Below, one piece after another: positions 55,303 through 64,000 of a DNA stretch of 64,000 nt. Numbering within the stretch: position 1 is the stretch's first letter; each line of letters begins with the position of its first letter. The notes beneath the pieces are model-generated. The model saw only the letters and a list, made by a program, of their open reading frames with translations. It was not told where the DNA came from and made no database searches. A program made the translations under genes and the position numbers. The stretch is from the NCBI GenBank assembly GCA_949300375.1, contig CASGEB010000002.1, forward strand, positions 1,816 through 65,815, given 5' to 3'. The DNA comes from an uncultured Pseudomonadota bacterium (GTDB lineage Bacteria; Pseudomonadota; Alphaproteobacteria; RF32; CAG-239).

Positions 55303-55860
55303 ATGGACAACATACAAATTGCAAATCTGGCCTTAATCGGTCTGGGATGTGAACCGATTTCCTCCTTTGACGAAGGAACAACGGAAGCAACCGTTATATC
55401 GGCAACGTTTGACGCCCTGCTTAATGCAACGCTGTCAAGTTATCCCTGGCGTTTTTGCACGGTGTCGGAAGACATAGCGCGCCTGAACGCAGAAACCAAA
55501 AGCGGGTTTAAGTACGTCTACCAGCTCCCGAACAATTTTTTGCGGGCCATTGCTCTGGTTGACCGCGGAGACGACGCTGATTTCGGCATTGTCGGCAATA
55601 CGCTGGTGACCGACGCGGAAGCACCGACGCTGACTTATACGGCAAAGGTTCCGCCGGAACAGCTGCCGGATTATTTTATCGAAGTCTTTGTCGACAAGCT
55701 GCAGGCCAAAAACGCCATTGCCCTGACCGGCGACAAAGCCATGGGAACTTATTTTCAGCGTTGTTATGACAGCGACAGCGTTATTGCCCGTTCCCGGGAC
55801 GCCCAGCAGGCCACAACCCAGGTCTTTACCAACGATATTCTTTTAGACTGCAGGAAATAG
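55303..55860 (+). CDS. Tail tubular protein A / adaptor
   Basis: IANLALIGLG..PISSFDE, YPWRF, YQLP.NFLR. Confidence 0.82.
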   Translation: MDNIQIANLALIGLGCEPISSFDEGTTEATVISATFDALLNATLSSYPWRFCTVSEDIARLNAETKSGFKYVYQLPNNFLRAIALVDRGDDADFGIVGNTLVTDAEAPTLTYTAKVPPEQLPDYFIEVFVDKLQAKNAIALTGDKAMGTYFQRCYDSDSVIARSRDAQQATTQVFTNDILLDCRK

Positions 55861-55861
55861 C

Positions 55862-57928
55862 ATGGAAAATAAAGCGCCGGCACAACAGTTTACTTTAAGT
55901 TCCGGAATTTTGGACGACCCGATGGAAGCCAGGCAGGATCTGAAAACATATTTTTCCGGAGCCAGCCAGCTTTTGAATTTTATCTGCCAGCCTCTGGGCG
56001 GCGTGACGCTGCGGGGCGGGCTTAAAACCTATATGGAAATTCCGGAAATGGCAAACGGTGAAAAGCTTGCCCGTTTTGAGCTCAATGCCCAAACGGGCTA
56101 TTTGTGCGTCTGCACCGACAAAAAGCTGCAAATTATCCGCGATGCCGTGGTCAAAAGCACCATTACAACGGATTATCTCGGCACCGACGTTCGGGATCTG
56201 GATTTGAATCAGTCGCTAGATACCATCATTATCACGTCGGAAAAATACAAAACCAAGACGCTGGTTTACAAAAGCGACACGGAATGGACTTTTGCCGATG
56301 CCAATTTTACGGCGCCGCCGCAGGTTACTTTCCCCGATACGACCGGCGGCCGAAACGAGAAACAACGGCTAAAGTTCAGCTCAGCCGCGGCAAACAACAG
56401 TTTTCGTCTGAAGCTTGAAGGGTATCAGACCGCTTCTATTGTCTGGTCTGGTGATGCCAATACAAACGCAAACCGGATTAAAGAGGTTTTGAACGACCTC
56501 GAAATCCTGGACAGTGTTAACGGCGGCGTTACAGTAACACCGAACAATGGCGAATATGATGTTGAATTTGTCGGCACGGACGGCAAAAAAAGCTGGGAAG
56601 ACATCATCATTTCAATCGAAGACGCTTCCGACCAATGCCGGGTTTATACAAAATGCATTCAGGACGGACAGCCTCCGCTGGAAGACCTGTGGAGCGACAC
56701 GCGCGGCTGGCCTTTTTCTTCCTGCTATTATCAGGGGCGCTGCGTTTTTGGCGGCTGCCAGGCCAGAAACAACCTGGTGGCCATATCGCAGACAACGCAG
56801 GCTTTCAGCTTTCGGCAAACCGATGAAATGCTTGATGACGAAGCCTGCCTTTTGACGGCCGACGGCGAAGGAAACTCCCACGTTTACCGCGTTTTGGGTA
56901 TGGAAAAACTCTTTGCCTTCACCGATAAAGGCGTTTTTGTTGTTCCGGAAAGCCCGATTACACCGGCTTCGGCTTATACCGTGCAGCATACCGACGTCCC
57001 CTGCGCGCCGATCCGTCCGGTGGCTATTGACGGCGATATTATTTATGTGACGCGTTCAAACGACGGTGTAAACCTTTCTGTGGCCTCGATTTCTTATAAT
57101 TACGAAGCCGAAAAGTATCGAACCGACGATTTGGCGCTGTTGGCTTATTCGGTGATGCGGACGCCGATTGCCATTGATGTCCGGCGTTCTACCCGGCGCA
57201 ACAATGCAACCTATCTTTATGTCGTCAATGAAGACGGCACTTTGGCCATTTTAAACACCAAAAAAAGCCAGGAACTGAACGGCTGGACAATCTGCACCAC
57301 CCCGAACGGCTGGTTTCGCGATGTTTGCGTTATCAATGACACGGCTTTTTTTGTGGTTGAACGCGAAATTTTGGGAGAGCGCCGCTGGTTTGTGGAAATC
57401 TGGGATGACGAAGCCCGGCTTGATCTTTCGGTTACGCTGAGCAGCGACACGGCAAAAAGCGTCTGGACTGACGAAAGCCTGGAAATTTACAACGGTCTGA
57501 CCGTCGGGGTTTATGCCAACGGTTTGGCTTATGGCGAAGCTGTGGTTGAAAACAATACGCTTGAGCTTGATTTTCCGGTCAATGAAATTGAAGTCGGCTT
57601 TCCTTTTGAATGGGATATCACAACGCTGCCGGTTGTGGCCGAACTGACCGACGGAACGCTTATCGGCAACCGGCACCGGCTGCCGAAAGTGACGCTCAGG
57701 GTACAGAATTCGGCCGGCATTACAATCGGAAAACAAAAAATCTGTAACCGATTTTTCGGACGAAACAACATTTTCAGCCCGGAACAAGCCGTTATCAACG
57801 GCACGGTTACCGTCCGCCAGCTGGGATACGGCGGCGGAAACAGGGATGATTTGGGAAGAGTTAAGCTGACGGGCACCAGTCTGCAGCCGATGACTTTGCT
57901 TTCTATTACGGTGGAGGTGATTCAATGA
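55862..57928 (+). CDS. Tail tubular protein B / nozzle
   Basis: N.I.QPLGGVTLRGG, WSDTRGWP....YQGR, C-terminal P.TLLSI. Confidence 0.82.
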   Translation: MENKAPAQQFTLSSGILDDPMEARQDLKTYFSGASQLLNFICQPLGGVTLRGGLKTYMEIPEMANGEKLARFELNAQTGYLCVCTDKKLQIIRDAVVKSTITTDYLGTDVRDLDLNQSLDTIIITSEKYKTKTLVYKSDTEWTFADANFTAPPQVTFPDTTGGRNEKQRLKFSSAAANNSFRLKLEGYQTASIVWSGDANTNANRIKEVLNDLEILDSVNGGVTVTPNNGEYDVEFVGTDGKKSWEDIIISIEDASDQCRVYTKCIQDGQPPLEDLWSDTRGWPFSSCYYQGRCVFGGCQARNNLVAISQTTQAFSFRQTDEMLDDEACLLTADGEGNSHVYRVLGMEKLFAFTDKGVFVVPESPITPASAYTVQHTDVPCAPIRPVAIDGDIIYVTRSNDGVNLSVASISYNYEAEKYRTDDLALLAYSVMRTPIAIDVRRSTRRNNATYLYVVNEDGTLAILNTKKSQELNGWTICTTPNGWFRDVCVINDTAFFVVEREILGERRWFVEIWDDEARLDLSVTLSSDTAKSVWTDESLEIYNGLTVGVYANGLAYGEAVVENNTLELDFPVNEIEVGFPFEWDITTLPVVAELTDGTLIGNRHRLPKVTLRVQNSAGITIGKQKICNRFFGRNNIFSPEQAVINGTVTVRQLGYGGGNRDDLGRVKLTGTSLQPMTLLSITVEVIQ

Positions 57929-58503
57929 GTTCAGTTAAAGATGGCATAACGGATGTGGCTCTGGTAACTCTGGGCGGCCCGATCGGCGCCGGATATGTCG
58001 GTTATAAATACGGCGGCGTCAGCGGCGCTTTGTCCGGCGGTTTGCTCGGCGGGCTCGGCGCCTGGAATGCCTATGGCAATTATCAGACTATGCGGCAGCA
58101 AAATGAACAGCTGCGGCTGAAGGAAGAGCAGGAAGCCGAAAATGCCAAGGCCGAAAAAGCTGAGAAAGAGCTAGAGCTGGCGCAAAAACAAAAAGAAATC
58201 CAGGAAAATCTGGCCCGGACTGTCGGCAGCCAGGTCAACCTTTTGGGGGCAACCGGGCAATCAGCCAGCCCGACCGGCGCCGCTTTGGTTAACAGCTCTT
58301 ATGTGCAATCGGCCAAAGACGAAAACTATCTCAGCGATTTGGGAAAATATTACCAGAAGACTTATGACGCCAATGCCGCTTACCGGCAGCGGAGTTATGC
58401 CGCCGCCCGCAAAGCCAACCGTTGGAATATGCACAGTTCAAACATCAACAGTCTGATCGACTTCGGCGTTAAAGCCGGAAAAATGGCAATGGGAGGCTTT
58501 TGA
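57925..58503 (+). CDS. Internal virion (ejection) protein, small
   Basis: Gly-rich hydrophobic N-terminus plus coiled coil; follows the tail tube genes. Confidence 0.7.
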   Translation: MSSVKDGITDVALVTLGGPIGAGYVGYKYGGVSGALSGGLLGGLGAWNAYGNYQTMRQQNEQLRLKEEQEAENAKAEKAEKELELAQKQKEIQENLARTVGSQVNLLGATGQSASPTGAALVNSSYVQSAKDENYLSDLGKYYQKTYDANAAYRQRSYAAARKANRWNMHSSNINSLIDFGVKAGKMAMGGF

Positions 58504-60581
58504 TGGCGGGAAGAGTTCCGGAATATTTTACCAGAATGCCGAGAGCTGAAGGCGTGCGCCTGGCGACAAACGCTCCGTTTATTCCGCGTCGGCAGATTGC
58601 CGGCAACGTAACGTCGGCCGCCCTGGAGCTTGCCGGGGCGTATTTGGAACAGGAAAGGCGGGAACAGCGAATTGCCGACAACCGGCAATATGAAGAAAGC
58701 TCCATTGCCCTGAATTCGTCTTTGTCGGAAAAAGCCGAAAAATTTCGTTTCAGCCGGGAAAAGTTTGACGCAGCCTGTCAGGAAGAGCGCGAAAAGTTTC
58801 TGGCAGATGTGGCTGAAGACAAAAAGGCGGATTACGGTTTGCTGTTTGACCGGACGGCCGCCCGTTATTCGCAAAATGTTTTTCAGAACGAACAACGGCT
58901 GAACCGGGAAAAACAGACCGCCGTTTTTCTGGATGCCTCCAAGAGGTATTATGACGGGGCAACAACCGCGGCGCGTTCCGGCAATATGGACGAAGCCCAA
59001 TACAATATCAACCGCTTTATGGAAATTCGCGAAAGTTTAATGAATTCCGGCGAAATCTCGGCCGAAAAATATGCCGATATGGGACTGCGTTTTTCCGACG
59101 AGGTTGAAAAACAAAAGGTTTTGGGCGAATTTGACAGCATTAAGCCACAGGGCGACGAGAAAGTCCGGGAATATATCGGCAGTTTTTTGGAGCGCGAAGA
59201 TATGCCGGTTGAGCGCCGGCAGAAGTTTGCCAACGCCATGATGTCGGATTACCGCACTTTTCAGGCCAACAAGGCCCTGACCGGCAGGCAGTTTCTTGAG
59301 CAGGCCGATTTTATTGCCGATGCTGTTTCCCGCGGGCTTGAACCGGGTATTGATACAACGGCCGTGCTCTCCGGACTGGAAGACAGCGGAAATTATGAAG
59401 CGGCCAAAAAACTCCGGCAAGTCATATCGTTAGGCGCCGAAACGAAAGAATTTGTTAAACTTGATCCGGCGGCCATGAAAGCCGAAATTGACGATTTGAA
59501 GAAAAATCCGCAGACTCCGTATGACCTAGCCAGGCTGAGCAGTTTTGAAAAAACAATGTCGGCCGCTCTGACCGAGATCCGTAACGACCCGATGAATTTT
59601 GCCATCAGCCGCAATATTGTTGACGACCAGGCGCTTGACTTTAGCAAACTGACGCCGGAGGCCGCGCAAAAAAGGCTGCAAAATGCCAAGCTGGTTCAGC
59701 AGTATTATCATTTGCCTGCCGCTCCGGTTCTGACCAAAAGCGAGGCAGCCGTTCTGACCTCGGCAATCAATGCCGGGGATGCACGCAGCAATGCGGCTTT
59801 GCTGGCAACAATCAGCCAGAGTTTTCCGGAAAATACCGGAGACATTGTTCGTTCGATTGCTCCCAAAGCACCGCAGTTTGCCCAGGCCGCCGCTTTGTAC
59901 CGGGACAATCCGGCTGCGGCCGTCGATATTATCGAAGGCGTTGATATTATGAAGCACGAGCCGGAATATACGCCTTCTTCCGAGGACGATTTTAACAGCA
60001 TTTATTATCAAAAAGTAAACAATGAGATGTTTTCCTACCTTTCTCCGGAAGGGCGGGAAAGCATCAAAAACACGGTAAAAGCCAATCTGGCAGCCAAAAA
60101 CCGGAAAGACGGCAACACCAAACGCCAGGCGGAAAGCGACAAAATCAACGCGGCAATTAAAGATGTGGTCGGCGAGATTGTTAAAATCGAAATGGACGAC
60201 ACCGGTTTTATTGATAAAACGTTTAAAGTTCCGGCGCCGCAGGGGGTTTCCGGAGATGACTTTGAAAACTGGTTTCTGGGGCTTAAGGATGACGATATTC
60301 CCGCCGATGCCAGGACTTTGACCGGAAACCATATCAGCGCCTCGGATATTGTCGGCCAATGTGCGCTGCGCTACTGGGGAAATGGCAAATATCTGGTGGA
60401 GCATTATCAAAACGGCCTGATTTACCGGGCGGACGGAACACCGCTGGTTCTTGAATATGATGCCAGCCGTGTAAAACCACACGATAAAAACACTGTGGCT
60501 GATGCTGTTTCAAAAAGTCTGGTCTTTACCCCGGCCGGGGTGCCTTTGCTTGCTGCTGCCGTTATCCGGGGAGGCAAGTAG
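58503..60581 (+). CDS. Internal virion (ejection) protein
   Basis: Large helical ORF in the ejectosome position. Confidence 0.7.
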   Translation: MAGRVPEYFTRMPRAEGVRLATNAPFIPRRQIAGNVTSAALELAGAYLEQERREQRIADNRQYEESSIALNSSLSEKAEKFRFSREKFDAACQEEREKFLADVAEDKKADYGLLFDRTAARYSQNVFQNEQRLNREKQTAVFLDASKRYYDGATTAARSGNMDEAQYNINRFMEIRESLMNSGEISAEKYADMGLRFSDEVEKQKVLGEFDSIKPQGDEKVREYIGSFLEREDMPVERRQKFANAMMSDYRTFQANKALTGRQFLEQADFIADAVSRGLEPGIDTTAVLSGLEDSGNYEAAKKLRQVISLGAETKEFVKLDPAAMKAEIDDLKKNPQTPYDLARLSSFEKTMSAALTEIRNDPMNFAISRNIVDDQALDFSKLTPEAAQKRLQNAKLVQQYYHLPAAPVLTKSEAAVLTSAINAGDARSNAALLATISQSFPENTGDIVRSIAPKAPQFAQAAALYRDNPAAAVDIIEGVDIMKHEPEYTPSSEDDFNSIYYQKVNNEMFSYLSPEGRESIKNTVKANLAAKNRKDGNTKRQAESDKINAAIKDVVGEIVKIEMDDTGFIDKTFKVPAPQGVSGDDFENWFLGLKDDDIPADARTLTGNHISASDIVGQCALRYWGNGKYLVEHYQNGLIYRADGTPLVLEYDASRVKPHDKNTVADAVSKSLVFTPAGVPLLAAAVIRGGK

Positions 60582-62483
60582 ATGTATGTGGATAGCCGTG
60601 ATCTTCAAAATCTTGCTGTTCAGCCTATCGCTGACAGTGGATATAATAATACTAAAACAGCATTTGAAAGCCTTAAAGACGCATGGTCTGAGCAGCGTTT
60701 TAGCGGCAATGCTTTTTCGGAACAGAATAATCTGCATGACGAGTATGAAGAATATATTGAGGAGATTGAAGCCGCAACCGGAAAAAGCCTTGCCAACCCC
60801 TTCCGAACCGGATGGGGCGAGTTTCTTGTTGAAGACGTCATTAAAGGCACTGCGTACGACCTCGTACGTCTGCCGGGCGCGAGCCGGGACAACGCGCCGT
60901 ATAGTGAAGAAAGCAAGGAAAAACGCGATGCCGAACGGTTGAAAGAATTTTATGCCGAACTCGACGAAATCAGAAAAGAAAACCCCAACCTTCCTTATAA
61001 AAGCTTTGGCGACATTCAAAACAATATTTTGAAAAAAGCCGAAGAATGGCGGAAATATAAGGCTCTGGGCCGGGAAGGCAACGGCCTGCTGGAGTTTATC
61101 GGCACAACGGCGGCGGCAATGACGGATCCGCTCAATGCGACAGCCACTCTTTTGACTGCCCCGCTTACCGGCGGCGCAGGCGGAACGCTGCTTTCGGCCA
61201 TCGGCCGGACGGCCGTGATCGAGGGCGGAATCAATATGGCGGTTGAAGCGGCCAACCAAATTGATGTTTATAAATACAATCAGAAATTGGGCAATGAATA
61301 CACCGGCGGAGATGTTGCCGCGGCGATTGCCGGCGCCGGAATTGGCGGTGCCGCCCTGTCTTCGGCCGCCGTCGGGACTAAAGCCTTGTTGTCAAAGATT
61401 GTCGGCAAGGTCAAAAGCCTGAAAAACAAAGGGTATAAATTTTCGCCGATAGAAGAGGATTCTCTGCGCTTTGCCGAAGACCGCCTGCAGCTGCAGGATT
61501 TTCTTGACCAGACGACGCCTTATCCGCGCGGCGAAATTGACGGGATTTTTCATGAAATTGAGCTGGAGCGGGAATACAGCCGCCTTTTGCAGGCGCAGGA
61601 AAGTGCGGCTCTAGCGCGCGGCTGGGATAAAATTGCCGAAAATCCGCTGGGGCCGACGCACGAGATTTTGGCCAAAATCAGCCCGGAAGATATGGAACAG
61701 GTGGTTTTTGAGCGCGGGGAATGGAAAAAGATTACCGGCGGCGATTCAAAATCCGGTACCGGAATGGTCAAGTTCGTCTGGAAGCATGGAAACCCGGAAT
61801 ATGACAGTATTCCGATTATGAAGTCCGATGTGGTGGATTTTCCCCGGATTGTCCGGGAATTTGAGCCGATGATGGACGACCGTTACGGCAATACGCTGCA
61901 TTGGTCGGTCAAACGGGCGGACGGCGTTCAGGTGATTTATGCCGCGCACAAAGAAACCGGCCGGGATGTCCGCACGATGGTAACGATTCACACCGTCAAG
62001 CCTGATCAGGATTCTGTTTGGAAAGGGATTTATTCTCCGAAAAAAAATGCTGCGCCGGATTTGGCCAAAGAGGCTACCCGAAAATCAGCCAGTGCGGAAC
62101 CGACCAACCGCGACACCTCTCTTACCGATGGTACTACCCAAAGGCCTTACGATCAGCACAATGGGAGTTTGGATGCTTCCTCTGCCCACCGGCTCGGTTT
62201 TAAAGACCGAAGCCAAACTCCAACCTCCCCTGAACGGGACGGCGCAACTGATTTAAATATAACGCCGACTCCGGAAAAAGTCAAGGCCGGCGACGAAATC
62301 CGCTATCCGAAGACTGAAGACATTGAAAGGCTGCTCGCCGACGGCGACAACCTTATTCCTTTGGCTGAAGTGGACGGCAGGCTGGAAGTCCGCTCTGCGC
62401 GCGAGATTCTGGATGAAATCAAAAAAGAAGACGGTTGGATTGATGAGATTACCGACTGCATTGTGGAGTTTGGCGGGAAATGA
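60582..62483 (+). CDS. Internal virion protein with a possible barnase/RelE-like (PBECR-type) domain
   Basis: Gly/Ala-rich membrane-inserting centre, then a GTGMVKFVWKHG...FPRIV...MVTIH domain. Confidence 0.65.
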   Translation: MYVDSRDLQNLAVQPIADSGYNNTKTAFESLKDAWSEQRFSGNAFSEQNNLHDEYEEYIEEIEAATGKSLANPFRTGWGEFLVEDVIKGTAYDLVRLPGASRDNAPYSEESKEKRDAERLKEFYAELDEIRKENPNLPYKSFGDIQNNILKKAEEWRKYKALGREGNGLLEFIGTTAAAMTDPLNATATLLTAPLTGGAGGTLLSAIGRTAVIEGGINMAVEAANQIDVYKYNQKLGNEYTGGDVAAAIAGAGIGGAALSSAAVGTKALLSKIVGKVKSLKNKGYKFSPIEEDSLRFAEDRLQLQDFLDQTTPYPRGEIDGIFHEIELEREYSRLLQAQESAALARGWDKIAENPLGPTHEILAKISPEDMEQVVFERGEWKKITGGDSKSGTGMVKFVWKHGNPEYDSIPIMKSDVVDFPRIVREFEPMMDDRYGNTLHWSVKRADGVQVIYAAHKETGRDVRTMVTIHTVKPDQDSVWKGIYSPKKNAAPDLAKEATRKSASAEPTNRDTSLTDGTTQRPYDQHNGSLDASSAHRLGFKDRSQTPTSPERDGATDLNITPTPEKVKAGDEIRYPKTEDIERLLADGDNLIPLAEVDGRLEVRSAREILDEIKKEDGWIDEITDCIVEFGGK

Positions 62484-64000
62484 GTGTAACGAAATGTATT
62501 TTGGGCAAAGCAGAAAGCGGCATTATTGACAAAGAATTTGCCGAAGCCAATGTCAAAAAAATTGAGCAGTTCGAAAAACAGCTCGAATTTGTCCCCGGCG
62601 GCAGCATTGAAAAAATGCTGACCGATTTTGCCAACCAGCTGAAGCATCTTTCCGATGTTAAAAAGCTGCAGCTGGTTAAAGAAATCCAGGCCAAAACACG
62701 ACTGGAAGCCCAGATTGCCCAGCATAAAGGCGGCAAGGTTAAAGGCCTGATGGCGACATTAACCCACGATTTGAGCGGAAATTCTGCCGGTTTGAACGTC
62801 GATAAGCTCCGTGAAGGCGTCCGCGCCCAGGCTTTTGGCAATATGCCGGATGCCGTGACCAGGCTTAATTTGCAAAAACTGGGAATGAAACAGGATAAAA
62901 AACTGGCGGAAGATGTTGTCAGAGCCCTTTTCGGCGCTGATGACAACGAACTGGCCGGCCGGATAGGCAAACAGTTTGCTGACACGATGGAGATGCTCAG
63001 GCTGCGTTTTAACGCTGCCGGCGGCGATTTTCCGGCCCTGGACAATTATCATCTGCCGCAAAGCCATGACAGCCGGCTTTTGAACAAAGTCAGCGAAGAC
63101 GAATGGGTGGAATTTATCACGCCTTTGCTTGACAAAGAAAAGATGATTGACCACACAACCGGATGCGCCATGAGCGCAGAAACGCTTGACCGGGTTTTGC
63201 GGGAATCTTACGAAACGCTGCGGACAAACGGCCTGAACAAACTTGAGCCCGGAAAAGGCGGCAAAGCGGCTCTGGCCAACAAATATGCCACGGAAAGCCG
63301 GATTTTGCATTTTAAGGATGCCGACAGCTGGCTGGCCTATAATCAGCGTTTTGGCAACGGCGACGTTTATAAAACGATGGTTGATTATGTTGACAATATG
63401 GCCAACGATATTGCTTTTTTGGAGATTTATGGGCCGAACCCGGAAAAAATGAAGCGTTATCTGGTCGACGAGCTACGGAAAGAAGCCGGGCTCGGCCGTG
63501 ATGAAAAGCTGAAAAACAAGGCAAAATCAGAGCTGCACGCCTTTGAAATTCTGTGGCAGGATGTTTCCGGAGAAACGGCGGTGCCGGTTGACGCCCGGGT
63601 GGCAAAAGTCTGTTCTGAAATCCGCGCCGGACTGACTTCGGCTCAGCTCGGCTCTGCTTTTCTGACACAATTTTCCGACTTTACCTCAAACGCTCTGACG
63701 GCAAAGTTCAACGGTTTGCCGGCCACTGATCTGGCCAAAAATTATATCCGGTTGATGACGTCAAACAAATATCGGGATTTTTCAATTCATATCGGGCTGG
63801 GCGCCGAAGAGGTTACCCGGACGCTTTCTTCTGCCGCCCGTTATGCCGAGGGATTTTTTGAGCAGGGAAAGCTTGGCCGGCTCTCAAACTTCATTATGCA
63901 GGCTTCTTTGCTTGAACGCATGACAATGGCCAGCAAAAAGGCTTTCGGTTTGGATTTTGCCAAAGCGATTGCCGACAATTCAAAAACAGAATTTTCTAAG
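62480..64000 (+). CDS. Large internal virion protein, 3' end outside window (absent from the ORF track)
   Basis: ATGA overlap at 62480; MSVTKCILGKAESG...RFNAAGGD...YHLPQSHD...RILHFKDADSW; no stop seen in the stretches I translated. Confidence 0.75.
   Translation, partial: MSVTKCILGKAESGIIDKEFAEANVKKIEQFEKQLEFVPGGSIEKMLTDFANQLKHLSDVKKLQLVKEIQAKTRLEAQIAQHKGGKVKGLMATLTHDLSGNSAGLNVDKLREGVRAQAFGNMPDAVTRLNLQKLGMKQDKKLAEDVVRALFGADDNELAGRIGKQFADTMEMLRLRFNAAGGDFPALDNYHLPQSHDSRLLNKVSEDEWVEFITPLLDKEKMIDHTTGCAMSAETLDRVLRESYETLRTNGLNKLEPGKGGKAALANKYATESRILHFKDADSWLAYNQRFGNGDVYKTMVDYVDNMANDIAFLEIYGPNPEKMKRYLVDELRKEAGLGRDEKLKNKAKSELHAFEILWQDVSGETAVPVDARVAKVCSEIRAGLTSAQLGSAFLTQFSDFTSNALTAKFNGLPATDLAKNYIRLMTSNKYRDFSIHIGLGAEEVTRTLSSAARYAEGFFEQGKLGRLSNFIMQASLLERMTMASKKAFGLDFAKAIADNSKTEFSK

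Larger units (their letters stand above)
36773..64000. mobile_element. Temperate podovirus-type prophage probably integrated at tRNA-Lys; right end outside window
   Basis: Host genes stop at the tRNA, followed by int/xis/repressor, primase-helicase, terminases, T7-like portal, scaffold, capsid, tail tube A/B and ejection proteins. attR is not visible, so the att assignment is inferred. Confidence 0.9.

Noticed and set aside
53957..64000. BPP-1-style diversity-generating retroelement in the prophage
   Set aside because: No reverse transcriptase, TR/VR pair or tail fibre gene within the window; it could lie beyond the right edge.

Overview
Chromosomal window from a bacterium with alphaproteobacterial gene order (ptsP-rodZ-ispG-prfA; nuoN-birA-rnj) and anaerobic metabolism (adhE, hydE). 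An uncultured gut RF32/Rhodospirillales-like lineage is my inference. Bases 1-36.7 kb hold housekeeping genes interspersed with AT-rich orphan genes, plus a reduced, degenerate nuoLMN block. From tRNA-Lys(TTT) at 36744-36819 to beyond the window end lies a temperate podovirus-type prophage (T7/BPP-1-like virion module): integrase, excisionase, double-HTH repressor, primase, helicase, iteron origin, terminases, portal, scaffold, capsid, tail tube and ejection proteins. The most notable signals: (1) an inverted, att-like half-site between terS and terL that copies the tRNA core and the arm repeats of attL; (2) an unannotated type I toxin-antitoxin-like locus with a 20-aa peptide; (3) a c4-type antisense RNA switch ahead of a BRO antirepressor; (4) a truncated Acb2-like anti-defence protein; (5) a small NrdD-type glycyl-radical-motif protein; (6) three copies of a tandem operator, one at the capsid promoter. 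All family assignments come from motif recognition by eye. No database searches were run.
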